This document shows positions 8,975 to 18,221 of a stretch of 64,000 nucleotides of DNA, piece after piece; positions within the stretch are counted from its first letter, which is position 1; each line of letters begins with the position of its first letter. The translations under genes and the position numbers were made by a program. A model generated the notes under the pieces. It was not told where the DNA came from. It did not search any database and saw only the letters and a list, made by a program, of their open reading frames with translations. The DNA is from an archaeon (GTDB taxonomy: Archaea; Micrarchaeota; Micrarchaeia; Norongarragalinales; UBA97): the NCBI GenBank assembly GCA_020057405.1, contig JAGVFW010000003.1:96001-160000 (forward strand). Direction: 5' to 3'.

Positions 8975-9447
8975 TTGCACCCGCACTGTTCCTGGCAATA
9001 GTGCTAGCGTCCGCTTGGCTAATTTTGCCGGGAGCGAGAACGACTTTAGGCCCGTGGTACGACCCAGTCGTGACTAAGGAGGAGGTCGACGCTGCTCTTT
9101 GGGTTGACAAGAACATTCCCGCAAAGAGCTTGTTTGCGGCAGACTTGTTCGCCTGCGAGATGCTCGTCTCTGCTGGCAACCAGTTTTGCACCATTGGCGG
9201 AGCATGGGAGCTTGCCGATAGGGCCAACACTCGCTTTTACGAAAACGAGCAGGCATTCATGAGCAACAGCTCCGAACAGGCCCACTCGCTTTTCGTCAAG
9301 TATGGGGTGCAGTACGTCTTCACGCACCCCCGGACGTCTTTCTACGCGTACGGGTGGAAGAAGGGGAACATCAGCAAGTTTGAGGACGCGCGGTACTTCG
9401 AGCGAATCTACTCCGATAGGGGAGTGGAGATTTTCAAGGTGAAATGA
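8971..9447 (+). CDS. Membrane-anchored extracytoplasmic domain homologous to the C-terminal soluble domain of GT-C proteins
   Basis: GTGA start/stop overlap with the upstream gene. EVDAALWVDKNIP...AD...KYGVQYVF...FERIYSDRGVEIFKV matches the C-termini of both full-length GT-C ORFs. Confidence 0.75.
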   Translation: MIAPALFLAIVLASAWLILPGARTTLGPWYDPVVTKEEVDAALWVDKNIPAKSLFAADLFACEMLVSAGNQFCTIGGAWELADRANTRFYENEQAFMSNSSEQAHSLFVKYGVQYVFTHPRTSFYAYGWKKGNISKFEDARYFERIYSDRGVEIFKVK

Positions 9448-10526
9448 TGGAGAAAAAAATCCACGCAATCGCGCTCCTCGCAGTAATCCTCATGTCGACT
9501 TACATAGTCTACGACGGGCTATTCAACAAGGCAGGCTACTTCCTGCCGACTTTCGACAACTCGATGCTTCACGCCGGCAGGGCGCGCGTCGTCGTAGACA
9601 CTGGCCACTGGGCGGAAATGGAACTGGTTTTCGGCGGCATCACGAAAAGCTACCACCTGCCGCTTTACCCTGACATCGTCGCGGGCCTCTCGGCCCTCAC
9701 CGGATTAAACGTCTGGTGGGCAGTTCGCCTGGCCGGCCTATTGATTACCGGCCTTTTGTTGCCGCTTTCAATCTACTTGCTTGCAAAGCAAGTTAGCGGC
9801 AGTTGGCAAGCGGGAGTCATCGCCGCATTAGTCACGCCCAGCCTGCCTTCGATAATCACTTGGGGAACGCGCACAAGCCCGATTAGCTTAGGCGTCGTGC
9901 TAGTCGCCTTCGGCATTTACTTTTTGGCAAAAGAAGACTACTGGCTCGCGGGCCTAGCCGGCCTGGCAGTCGCCTTCACGCACCAGCCGTCGCTTTTGGC
10001 ATTCGGCCTCGGGCTATTCATCTTCTTTGGACTAAGGACTATACTACAGGCAAGGGAGGAAAAGAAGCGGGATTACGTCAGGCTCGCGCAGTCTGCATGG
10101 CCGCTGTTTGCCGTCGGCAGCCTCACCCTCGGAGTATACCTATTGTGGCACTTGCGCCAGACTGGCTTCTCGTGCCTGGACTTCAAGTGCCTGCCCCACC
10201 TGGCCTCACACGAGTACGGCACTTCAGTTGACTTGGCGAAATACCTGCAGCTATTGCCCCGTGTTCTCGCCGTTGGCGGCGTGGCGCTGGTCGCGATTTC
10301 AAACCGCTTCAAGTTCGAGCACAAGCTGTTGCTCTTTTCCTGGCTCGCGGCACTCCTAATCCTCGTCAAGAACGACATGCTTGGCATAGGTGTATTCACC
10401 GAGCGCTTCCTAACTTTCTTTGACGAGGCGTTGGCCGTCTTCGCCGGCCTCTTGGCTGGCTGGGCGTACGCCTTGGCAAGCGAGGCACTCGAACAAATCA
10501 GCGGCAGGATGAAATCAAAGGCCTAA
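9444..10526 (+). CDS. GT-C-fold multi-pass membrane glycosyltransferase core
   Basis: ATGA overlap. First-loop FDNSMLH acidic motif, YHLPLY and ~9-10 TM segments. Lacks a C-terminal soluble domain. Confidence 0.7.
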   Translation: MMEKKIHAIALLAVILMSTYIVYDGLFNKAGYFLPTFDNSMLHAGRARVVVDTGHWAEMELVFGGITKSYHLPLYPDIVAGLSALTGLNVWWAVRLAGLLITGLLLPLSIYLLAKQVSGSWQAGVIAALVTPSLPSIITWGTRTSPISLGVVLVAFGIYFLAKEDYWLAGLAGLAVAFTHQPSLLAFGLGLFIFFGLRTILQAREEKKRDYVRLAQSAWPLFAVGSLTLGVYLLWHLRQTGFSCLDFKCLPHLASHEYGTSVDLAKYLQLLPRVLAVGGVALVAISNRFKFEHKLLLFSWLAALLILVKNDMLGIGVFTERFLTFFDEALAVFAGLLAGWAYALASEALEQISGRMKSKA

Positions 10527-10528
10527 AA

Positions 10529-11251
10529 TTAGTAAAGAATCCCGCGCTTCCAAAGCCTCAGGCGCATTGCGACGATGTCTGCAAACATCCTAAGCGAGTC
10601 GCGCAGGAAATTGACTTTCGACTGCCCCGCAAAGCGCTCTTCACTCCAGGCAATGGGCACTTCGGCAGTGCGGTAGCCCATCTTTTGCGCCAGGACGAGA
10701 ACTTCAGTGTCCCAAAACCAGCCACGGCTCTTCACGCGCTTGCAAATCTCGAGGATGACCGGCTTTTTGAAGGCCTTGAGGCCGCACTGGTGGTCGCGCA
10801 AACCCGAGCCGAGCACTATCTGCACGAGAAAGTTGAACACGCTGCTTGCAGTGAGGCGCGAGAGCTCGCGCTTTGCTTTCGCGCCGGGTGCGTAGCGCGA
10901 GCCCGTGACAACATCGCAGCCCTCAAGGGCGGTAAACAACTCCCGAAGCGCTTTCGGGTCTGGTGACAAGTCGGTGTCAATGTAGGCGACAAACTCGCCT
11001 TTTGCTTTGCTAAAGGCGTTGATGAGGGCGCCCCCGCGGCCCAAGCGGCCCTCGAAGTGAAAGACGCGAACGTTTGAGAAACCTCGGGCTGCTTTCTTTG
11101 CAGCCTGAAAAGTCCCGTCCCTGCTTCCGTCCTCGGCGACAATTACTTCGGCAGGCAGGCCCTTAAGCGCGCCTGCGACTTTACCGATTGCCCTGCCAAT
11201 CGACTCTGCCTCGTTGTAGGCGGGCAGGATGACGGAATACTTGATTGCCAT
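10529..11251 (-). CDS. GT2 dolichol/polyprenol-phosphate sugar synthase-like glycosyltransferase
   Basis: SVILPAYNE, EDGSRDGT, GRGGA, DTD (DxD), GSRY, DHQCGLK and WFWDTEVL motifs. Confidence 0.9.
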   Translation of the reverse strand: MAIKYSVILPAYNEAESIGRAIGKVAGALKGLPAEVIVAEDGSRDGTFQAAKKAARGFSNVRVFHFEGRLGRGGALINAFSKAKGEFVAYIDTDLSPDPKALRELFTALEGCDVVTGSRYAPGAKAKRELSRLTASSVFNFLVQIVLGSGLRDHQCGLKAFKKPVILEICKRVKSRGWFWDTEVLVLAQKMGYRTAEVPIAWSEERFAGQSKVNFLRDSLRMFADIVAMRLRLWKRGILY

Positions 11252-11288
11252 GTGTGCAGTCATTAGCCCGAAAACCATTTTAAACGGG

Positions 11289-13382
11289 TCAGCTGCGCGT
11301 GCGGAAAATCGCTATGCCCGAATTGGAATAGGCGAGCTCGAAGAACGGCGACGACGAGAAGGTGGCCATGGCGTTGCACTCCCCGCCGGGCCGGACGAGG
11401 ATGTAGCGCGCGCCGTAGTTACTCATCAGCGAGGCGGACTTTGCCGCGTCGCCGCCACAGTAAATCGCCTTGACGTCATGTTCGCGCGACGACGGGTCGT
11501 AGCCAGTGTTGCTGACGTAGGGCGTGAAGGTTAGGAGCCTCAGGCGGCCGGCAACGTCGGTCGGCTGGTTGATGAAAATGTCGGTGACAAAAACGTCCTT
11601 GATGGTCGTGTGGCCTTCCATCCACGAGGCGGCCTGCAAGTCAGTATCCGAGAGGGCGAAAGGCGAGCCGAGCACAAACCACCCCGCTACGAGGAGCGGC
11701 GAGAGCACGCTCGCGGCTATGGCGATTGCGATTACCGGCTTCGGCAGCCTCGCGAGCACGGCGGCGGCCATGATGCAGAGGGGAAGCCACATGAACTGGA
11801 AGAACTTGCCCGTGTCCCAGGAGATTGCGGTGAGCGCAACCGCGTTAGGCACTACAAAGAGCGCGGCCGCCAGGAGCCACAAAAACTTGCTGTCGGCAAC
11901 CTGCGGCGACAGGCGGGAACAGACGGCCGTGGCCCTGGCACCCAACGAAGCGAGCGCGGTCTTGCCCTTGGTTGCAAAAGCCCTACTGCCAAGCCAGGCG
12001 AATGCCAGGCCGGCGATGGCAAGGAAGAGGGGCACGCCAAAGTTGAGGCCATAAAATGTTGCGAATGAAGTCGGGTCGTGGCTGCCTGACTCCCAGCCCC
12101 AATTGAACCGCACTGCCCCCGACGAGCCGGCTTTCTGGAGTGGCAGCAGAACGAATGGAATGGCGAGGACAAGGGGGATTGCAAAACACAAGCCGAGCTT
12201 GAAAACGTCTTTTGCATTCTGCCTGCTCTTGAAAAGTTGGTTTAGCAAGAGGAGGCCGACGGCGATGGCGGAGACAGGCAGGGCGAAGAACTGGAAGGGA
12301 GGCAACAGCGCGGTGAGCAATCCTGCGACAAGCGCCTTTTTGGCCGAGCGCTGCTCAAACGCGAGCGCGATTAGGAGAAGCACGGCGGTGAAGGCGGGCA
12401 GGGCGACGGTTGTCGCGCGGTGGGTGAGGAGTCCGACGCCCATTACTGAAGGGACTTTGAACACGCGCGAGTTCCAGTCGTTGTCAAACGAGCGGTGGCT
12501 AATCATGTCGAGTGCGTCTTTTCCGTGCGAGAGGCCGTCGAAAAACTCCAGGTATCCCATGCCGCCCCCAAAGACAATCAAGACGACCGCGAGGGCGGCG
12601 GCCTTTCGCGAGCGGAGGAAATGCTCGGCTGTTGAGAAAGCCAGGAGTGCAAGCGAGAGGGCGAGGAAGGCTTGGGCGAAAATCATGACGTGCGCAAGCC
12701 ATGCGCCTGAGGAGACTGCGACGAGGGCGGAGTGCAGGTCGGCAAAATAGTGGTAGGCAAACGGCGTGCCGGCAAAGTAAGGCGTCTGGGGAGGGAAGTT
12801 GCCGGCGGCGATAGTTGCGGCAACGGAGTAGTGGAAGAGAAAGTCGCTCCAGTTCCAGCCGCCGTTGACAATGCCGCCGGTCACGTGGCGCCAAGTGCTT
12901 TGGTAGAGAACGCCTGCGACGAAAAGAAATGCTGCAGCGCCAAGCGAGAGAACGAGACGGTCTGCAAAAAGCGAGTTCAGCTCGCCCTTTAGCTTGCTAA
13001 AGTCAATTGCGTAGGCAAGCAAGGCAAGGACGACGGTGCAGGCGGAAACTAAAGCGGGCGAATAGCCGAATACGGTCGCAGCTGCGTTGGCGAAGTGGGT
13101 TGAGGCGAGCACGCTTGCAACTATCGAGGCGCCCACTTTTGCGGGCAACGGCAGCTCCAGGCGGGCAAACGAAATGAGTGCGTATCCTGTTGTGAAAAAG
13201 AAGACTGCAAAGGCCGCGGGCAAGGCGAGGAGGGGGTTTGCAAACCCGAGCACCGCGCTGGCGAGGAGAAATGAAGCGAGGGGATTGGCTTTGGCAAAGG
13301 CAAGGACGCCGTCACCGCCGGTGGAACGCAGACCGCGCCCTACGTTCTTGAGAGAACCGTGCAGCGCTCTTGCCTCACTCAT
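11289..13382 (-). CDS. Large GT-C-fold membrane glycosyltransferase with C-terminal extracytoplasmic domain
   Basis: ATG at 13382 coupled (TAATG) to the upstream stop. WSDFLFH...FPP...YHYFAD loop, many TMs, WDTGKF, and C-terminal W..HT...D...NYGARYI...YSNSGIAIF. Confidence 0.75.
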   Translation of the reverse strand: MSEARALHGSLKNVGRGLRSTGGDGVLAFAKANPLASFLLASAVLGFANPLLALPAAFAVFFFTTGYALISFARLELPLPAKVGASIVASVLASTHFANAAATVFGYSPALVSACTVVLALLAYAIDFSKLKGELNSLFADRLVLSLGAAAFLFVAGVLYQSTWRHVTGGIVNGGWNWSDFLFHYSVAATIAAGNFPPQTPYFAGTPFAYHYFADLHSALVAVSSGAWLAHVMIFAQAFLALSLALLAFSTAEHFLRSRKAAALAVVLIVFGGGMGYLEFFDGLSHGKDALDMISHRSFDNDWNSRVFKVPSVMGVGLLTHRATTVALPAFTAVLLLIALAFEQRSAKKALVAGLLTALLPPFQFFALPVSAIAVGLLLLNQLFKSRQNAKDVFKLGLCFAIPLVLAIPFVLLPLQKAGSSGAVRFNWGWESGSHDPTSFATFYGLNFGVPLFLAIAGLAFAWLGSRAFATKGKTALASLGARATAVCSRLSPQVADSKFLWLLAAALFVVPNAVALTAISWDTGKFFQFMWLPLCIMAAAVLARLPKPVIAIAIAASVLSPLLVAGWFVLGSPFALSDTDLQAASWMEGHTTIKDVFVTDIFINQPTDVAGRLRLLTFTPYVSNTGYDPSSREHDVKAIYCGGDAAKSASLMSNYGARYILVRPGGECNAMATFSSSPFFELAYSNSGIAIFRTRS

Positions 13383-14611
13383 TAAAACGCCCACCTGCCG
13401 AGTGCGAAGAGGAAGAAGAGTGCGGCCATGAGGACTGCCGAAGCGGTGAGGACTAGCGTGCGGGCGCGGCTGTCTTTCGTCCAGACCGCAATTGCGATAA
13501 AGAGCGGGAACGCGGCGAGGAGGTAGCGCGGCAGGCTTATTGGCCAAGAGTCGGCAAGCGACGGGAGAAGAAGCGCCCAGGCAAAGACCTGATAGGAAGG
13601 GCGCATCCACTTTGCCGAAGCAAGAAGAACGAGGACTGCAAACGCAAGCGCTGCCAGCGGGGCGAGGAACACTAGCGCGTTGAAGTAGGATGGGGGCTGG
13701 GACGACACGGTCCGAGCCGCCTCTGCGAAGAACCCGAGAGAAAAAGTGATGGCGTGGTGCCAGTGGTTGCGCTGTATTTCCATAAACGCAAGCGGGCTGC
13801 CGAGCACTGACGCGTTTAGGGCCAAGTAGGCTGCAAAGCCTATGGGCACGAGCAAAATCCACGCAAACGGCGCGAGGCTCGAAAGAGTAAGGTGACTGGA
13901 AGATTTGGAGAGGGTTGAAGTTTGGAGGCTCAAGCGTTGCCGGCTGTTTGCTTTAGTGCGCTTTTGCAGGAAAGAAGGCAGGAGCTTGCCCCCGTTTAGC
14001 TGCATCCACGCTTCAAGCGCGAGTGCGGGAAAGAGCGCGAGGCCGTGGATGCGTGCAAGCGATGCGAGGAATCCTGCAATGCCCGCGTGCATCCAGTTTC
14101 CTTTGCGGGCGAAGTAGACTGACGCTATTGCACAAGCGAGGAAGATTGCCTCGGTGTAAGGGAGGGCAAGGAAATAGGCTGTTGGAAAGAGGAAGAACGC
14201 CCAAAGCGCGCGCTTTGCAGTCGGGAAGTCATAGTCGATGCGCACAAGCGCTTGGAGGAAAAAACCCGCTGCAACGGAAGCCGCAAGCGAGACGAACAGG
14301 CCGGCGGCAACGTAGTCGGGCACGAAATAGTGAACGAGGCTTACTGCAAGGGGGAAGAGCGGGAAGAAGACGATGAAGAGGCGCGCTTCGTCCGAAGGCA
14401 GGTAGCCGTTTTGGGCGATGCTGATGAAGTGCGGGGCGTCCCAGCGGTTGACAGAGTCGGAAACGACTTTCCACGCGGGCGCGCTTGAGTCTAGCACGGC
14501 AAAGCCGGCGATGAGGGCAACTGCAATGAGCGCGAGGCGCACGCCGGAGGCAAGGGCAAGGGCGCTCCCGAACATCCTGCGTTCCTCTAAAGACAGCCGA
14601 CGGAATTTCAC
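13382..14611 (-). CDS. PIG-V/Mannosyl_trans2-like GT-C mannosyltransferase
   Basis: RWDAPHFISIAQNGY, FFPLFP, FPTAYFL..PYTEAIF, AR..G, Q..HW and S.PRY..AAFPLF motifs typical of the PIG-V family. Confidence 0.8.
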   Translation of the reverse strand: MKFRRLSLEERRMFGSALALASGVRLALIAVALIAGFAVLDSSAPAWKVVSDSVNRWDAPHFISIAQNGYLPSDEARLFIVFFPLFPLAVSLVHYFVPDYVAAGLFVSLAASVAAGFFLQALVRIDYDFPTAKRALWAFFLFPTAYFLALPYTEAIFLACAIASVYFARKGNWMHAGIAGFLASLARIHGLALFPALALEAWMQLNGGKLLPSFLQKRTKANSRQRLSLQTSTLSKSSSHLTLSSLAPFAWILLVPIGFAAYLALNASVLGSPLAFMEIQRNHWHHAITFSLGFFAEAARTVSSQPPSYFNALVFLAPLAALAFAVLVLLASAKWMRPSYQVFAWALLLPSLADSWPISLPRYLLAAFPLFIAIAVWTKDSRARTLVLTASAVLMAALFFLFALGRWAF

Positions 14612-14666
14612 TAGCGAGTTACGTGCCGCAGGTATTTTAATTCCTGCGGAGTCTTCAATACTGGAA

Positions 14667-16586
14667 ATGCTTTTCTCCTCGTGGCTTTTAGCCGCGTCAG
14701 TCGCTCTTGCCTACGCCATTGCATGCAAGTCAAGCCGCCTCGAGTTCCTTGAGCGCGTAGCGATTGCAGTGCCGCTCGGCCTCGCCATCGGCACGTGGGT
14801 GGCCCTTGCCGCTTCGCTAGTTTTGCAGCAGACGAGCTGGATTTCGACCTCCGTTGCATCTGCGTTACTCACCATTGCCACCGCGCTTCTCCTTGCTGGC
14901 CAAAAAATCCCGAGCATCAAGTCGCTAAAGGAAACGGCCAACGAACACCGCGGCCTCATTGTGCTGCTTGCAATTGGCGCAGTCGGGTTCGGCCTGCTGC
15001 TCTCAACGCACGTGCTTGAGGAAAAAGACGGGGCAACCTACTCTGCCGGCAGCACTTGGGGCGACTTGGCAATCCACCTTTCCTTCATCAACTCTTTTGT
15101 GCGCGGGCAAAACGCATTGCCATCCGCGAACTTCCCTTCTGACCCGACTTATTCGGGCGCCAGGCTCTCGTACCCGTTTTTGCCGGATTACAACGCGGCC
15201 GCATTGATTGCGTCGGGAGCAAGCTTGCGGGCGGCAATAATCGCGCCAAGCCTCCTCCTCTTCCTCGCACTCATCGCGCTCCTTTACTTCCTCGCGCTCC
15301 GCTTTAGCGGCAAAAAAGAAGTTGCGCTCGTCGCGGTCGCGGTCGCCATATTTGCCGGCGGCATTGGTTTTCTGCAGTTTCCTGCCGACCTGGCGTCGTC
15401 AAGCTATGGCCTGCCGGAGTTTTTGGTGCATCTTTCGCACGACTACGTCCACTCTTCGGGCACGGGCCACGACTACTACTGGCTTAGCTTGGTAAACGAC
15501 ATCATCTTGCCCCAGCGATCGGCGCTCTTCGCGTTCCCGCTAAGCATTGCCGTGTTTCTCTTGCTCTGGACCGGCCTTGATGCAAACTCCCCTGACAAGC
15601 GAAACGCTTTTGCACTCGCAGGCGTTTGCGCCGGGCTGCTTCCGTTTTTGCAGGGCCACGCGTTTATCGCGGTTGGCATCGTGAGTGTTGCGGCAGCGCT
15701 GTTAACTGCCAAAAAGCCGTTCCAAAAGCAATTCAGCGACTGGCTTTACTTCTTCGCGCCGGCAGCGGTCTTGGGGGGTCCCCAAATGCTTTGGTTTGCC
15801 GGCCAGGCAAGCGCCTGGGGCTTCGCGCGCTTTTCGCCCGTGTGGCAGAACGCCGAGCCGTTCTCGTTTTGGTTTGCCAACCTCGGCCTCTTTGCCGTTC
15901 TTTCCCTTGCCGGAATCGCGTTTCTCAACCGCAAGCAAGGCGTTTTTTACGCCGGTTTCCTTGCCGTGTTCCTCGCAGCCAGCCTCTTGTCATTCCAGCC
16001 CTGGCCACAGGACAACACCAAGCTGTTCTACCAGTGGGTCTTTGCTGCGGCGATAGTCGCATCTCTTGCGGCGTTTAGGATTGGCGAACGGGTTAGCGGG
16101 GCTATTGGCAAGGGCGGGCTTGGAAAACTGGTGGGCGCGGCAACCGTTGCAGTCATCGTCATCGCCTTGATTGCCTCAGGGGCCTTGGCAGTGTTGCGCG
16201 AGTCGTCCCTCCACTACCAGTTCCACTCTGCAAACGACATTGCAATTGGCGAGTGGATTGCTGCCAACACGCCAAAGGACGCGATAATTTTGACTAGCGA
16301 CTGGCACGCCCAGCCTGCGGCGACGATTGCGGGCAGGCCTCTTGTGATGGGCTATCGGGGTTGGCTCTGGAGCCACGGCTATGATTACGGGCAGCGCGAA
16401 AAAGACGTGAGGCTCATGCTGACGGGCGGGCTAAACGCAATCGAACTGCTTGGGAAATACCACGTCAGCTATGCGGTAATCGGGCCGAGTGAACTGCGCG
16501 ACTATAGCGCCGACAAGCCGTTCTTCAACTCGCACTACACGCGCGTCTACTCTGCTGGCGGCTACGTCGTCTACAAAATCAGTTAG
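14667..16586 (+). CDS. Large GT-C-fold membrane glycosyltransferase, paralog of 11289-13382
   Basis: WGDLAIH...FP...YPFLPD, FAGGIGF, PQRSAL, QDNTKLF and C-terminal EWIAANTP...KYHVSY...VYSAGGYVVYKI. Confidence 0.75.
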   Translation: MLFSSWLLAASVALAYAIACKSSRLEFLERVAIAVPLGLAIGTWVALAASLVLQQTSWISTSVASALLTIATALLLAGQKIPSIKSLKETANEHRGLIVLLAIGAVGFGLLLSTHVLEEKDGATYSAGSTWGDLAIHLSFINSFVRGQNALPSANFPSDPTYSGARLSYPFLPDYNAAALIASGASLRAAIIAPSLLLFLALIALLYFLALRFSGKKEVALVAVAVAIFAGGIGFLQFPADLASSSYGLPEFLVHLSHDYVHSSGTGHDYYWLSLVNDIILPQRSALFAFPLSIAVFLLLWTGLDANSPDKRNAFALAGVCAGLLPFLQGHAFIAVGIVSVAAALLTAKKPFQKQFSDWLYFFAPAAVLGGPQMLWFAGQASAWGFARFSPVWQNAEPFSFWFANLGLFAVLSLAGIAFLNRKQGVFYAGFLAVFLAASLLSFQPWPQDNTKLFYQWVFAAAIVASLAAFRIGERVSGAIGKGGLGKLVGAATVAVIVIALIASGALAVLRESSLHYQFHSANDIAIGEWIAANTPKDAIILTSDWHAQPAATIAGRPLVMGYRGWLWSHGYDYGQREKDVRLMLTGGLNAIELLGKYHVSYAVIGPSELRDYSADKPFFNSHYTRVYSAGGYVVYKIS

Positions 16587-16598
16587 CGCACAAAGGGG

Positions 16599-16606
16599 GT
16601 TTTAAT
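16599..16606 (+). promoter_or_regulatory. TATA box for tRNA-Arg(CCG)
   Basis: GTTTTAAT lies ~28 nt upstream of the tRNA 5' end. A similar TTTTTAT precedes the second tRNA. Confidence 0.5.
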
Positions 16607-16632
16607 TCCCTAGCCGACCAAATTTGGTTAAC

Positions 16633-16745
16633 GGGCCCGTAGCTCAGCCTGGATAGAGCGGCTGCTTCCGAATTCCTTCGGGGTCTCTGACTTTCCGGAT
16701 GAGGGAGACAGCAGCAGGCCGCGCGTTCGAATCGCGCCGGGCCCG
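16633..16745 (+). tRNA. tRNA-Arg(CCG) with 38-nt intron at 37/38 (intron 16672-16709)
   Basis: GGGCCCG/CGGGCCC acceptor, GCTGC-TT-CCG-A...A-GCAGC, T arm GCGCG-TTCGAAT-CGCGC. U32-C35 pair with intron GGAG (BHB). Confidence 0.93.
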
Positions 16746-16790
16746 CCTCTTTACCCCTTTTTATTTCCGCGGCGCCACTATCCTATTGCT

Positions 16791-16916
16791 GGGCCCGTAG
16801 CTTAACCCGGACAGAGCGACTGGCTTCGAATGCCCCCAAGGCCGACTTCGACTTTAGGGAAAAAGCCGCCCGCAGGAGCAACCAGTAGGTTGTGGGTTCA
16901 AATCCCATCGGGCCCG
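16791..16916 (+). tRNA. tRNA-Arg(TCG) with 51-nt intron at 37/38 (intron 16830-16880)
   Basis: ACTGG-CT-TCG-A...A-CCAGT. Canonical BHB (CUUC/GGAG helix, TGC/GCA h' helix). T arm GTGGG-TTCAAAT-CCCAT. Confidence 0.93.
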
Positions 16917-16952
16917 CTTTATTAATTTTAAGAACGTAAAAGAATGCAAGCA

Positions 16953-17690
16953 ATGGTCCTCGAGTACATAATTGCGGCAACAATCGTCGTCAGCCTAGTG
17001 TCATTAGTAGGCATCGTGCTGATTTTCAGAAAAGACTACGAGGGCCTCATCCTTCCGCTCGTCAGCTTCTCCGCGGGCACACTACTTGGCGCTGCGTTCC
17101 TCGACCTCTTGCCGGAGGCGCTTGAGGCAACCGGCACGCGCGAGGCACTCGGCATGGCGCTTGCGGGCCTCCTCGTCTTCTTCGCTTTAGAAAAGCTCAT
17201 CCTGTGGCACCACCACCACTCGGGGTCGCACGCAACCGAGAAGCCGGCTGGCTATCTTAACCTAATCGGCGACGGGCTGCACAACTTTTTTGACGGCATG
17301 GTAATTGCAGCCGCGTTTCTTACGAGCACTCCGCTTGGAATCGTCACCACAATCGCAGTCATTCTCCACGAAATCCCGCAGGAAATCGGCGACTTCTCGC
17401 TTTTGCTCTACAGCGGCTTTACGGTAAAGAAAGCCCTTGCGTATAACCTGCTTAGCGCCCTTGCGGCAGTTGCCGGGGCGCTTGCGTTCTACTACGCTTC
17501 TGGGGCAGTGTCGGGCCTGCAGGCTTTCGGCCTCTCGTTTACAGCAGGAATGTTCATCTACATCGCGCTTGCCGACCTGGTGCCAGAGCTGCACAAGGAG
17601 CACGGAGCCGGCAGTGCAGCCCAGCAGCTGGCCCTCATCACCGCGGGTGCGGCCGCGATTTACTTCATTGCCACCTACCTCGGCGTTTAG
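16953..17690 (+). CDS. ZIP-family zinc/divalent metal transporter
   Basis: AFLDLLPEA, HHHH loop, GDGLHNFFDG, HEIPQEIGDF and YIALADLVPELH. Confidence 0.92.
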   Translation: MVLEYIIAATIVVSLVSLVGIVLIFRKDYEGLILPLVSFSAGTLLGAAFLDLLPEALEATGTREALGMALAGLLVFFALEKLILWHHHHSGSHATEKPAGYLNLIGDGLHNFFDGMVIAAAFLTSTPLGIVTTIAVILHEIPQEIGDFSLLLYSGFTVKKALAYNLLSALAAVAGALAFYYASGAVSGLQAFGLSFTAGMFIYIALADLVPELHKEHGAGSAAQQLALITAGAAAIYFIATYLGV

Positions 17691-17776
17691 ACAATTACTC
17701 TACCTGCCGCTCCGGCACAAAACCAAGGGGCACACGCTTTTAAATCCTCAAGCGACTCTTTTTTGGAGGGATACAA

Positions 17777-18148
17777 ATGGAACAGCTTGCAAAACAACTT
17801 CGCGGAAAAGTAGTTTTCGCCTACATGCCCGACCACATGCGCGGAAAGCCCGGCGTAAAGATTGACCAGATCAGGGACAACGTAATTTACGTGGCACCAG
17901 CTGAAGGCTCGGAACTCACTAACGCACAACTTCACGACCTGATTGCCGGCCACATCAAAGAAAAACACGAGCGAAAAATCTCAGTGTCAATCCGCGAAAC
18001 GGGCATCATTGAAACAAACCACAGCCGACTGCTGCAAACCGACCCGGCCTGGAAACCACTCATGCGCACAAAATTCTTCAAAATATCGTCGTCCGGGCAC
18101 GATGGGGACGCGCTTCTTGAGGAACTGGCCAAGCGCCTTAATGCCTAA
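17777..18148 (+). CDS. Hypothetical protein
   Basis: 123-aa ORF with TTTTAAAT TATA and GGAGGG SD upstream. Confidence 0.65.
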   Translation: MEQLAKQLRGKVVFAYMPDHMRGKPGVKIDQIRDNVIYVAPAEGSELTNAQLHDLIAGHIKEKHERKISVSIRETGIIETNHSRLLQTDPAWKPLMRTKFFKISSSGHDGDALLEELAKRLNA

Positions 18149-18221
18149 AGCGCCAACGCCAAAACCGTTTTTAATCCTCTTGAGGCAATAATTGCTTTAA
18201 CGATTAATTAGGCGAGTTTAC

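Noticed and set aside
8660-10526. Frameshifted pseudogene of one GT-C gene
   Set aside because: Module order is permuted relative to the paralogs, and each ORF has a clean coupled start.
13383-14666. N-terminal extensions of ORFs 11289..13862 and 14418..16586
   Set aside because: They overlap the PIG-V-like gene. Better starts exist at 13382 and 14667.
11289-16586. Calling the large GT-C proteins AglB/STT3 oligosaccharyltransferases
   Set aside because: The C-terminal domains look similar in layout but lack WWDYG.
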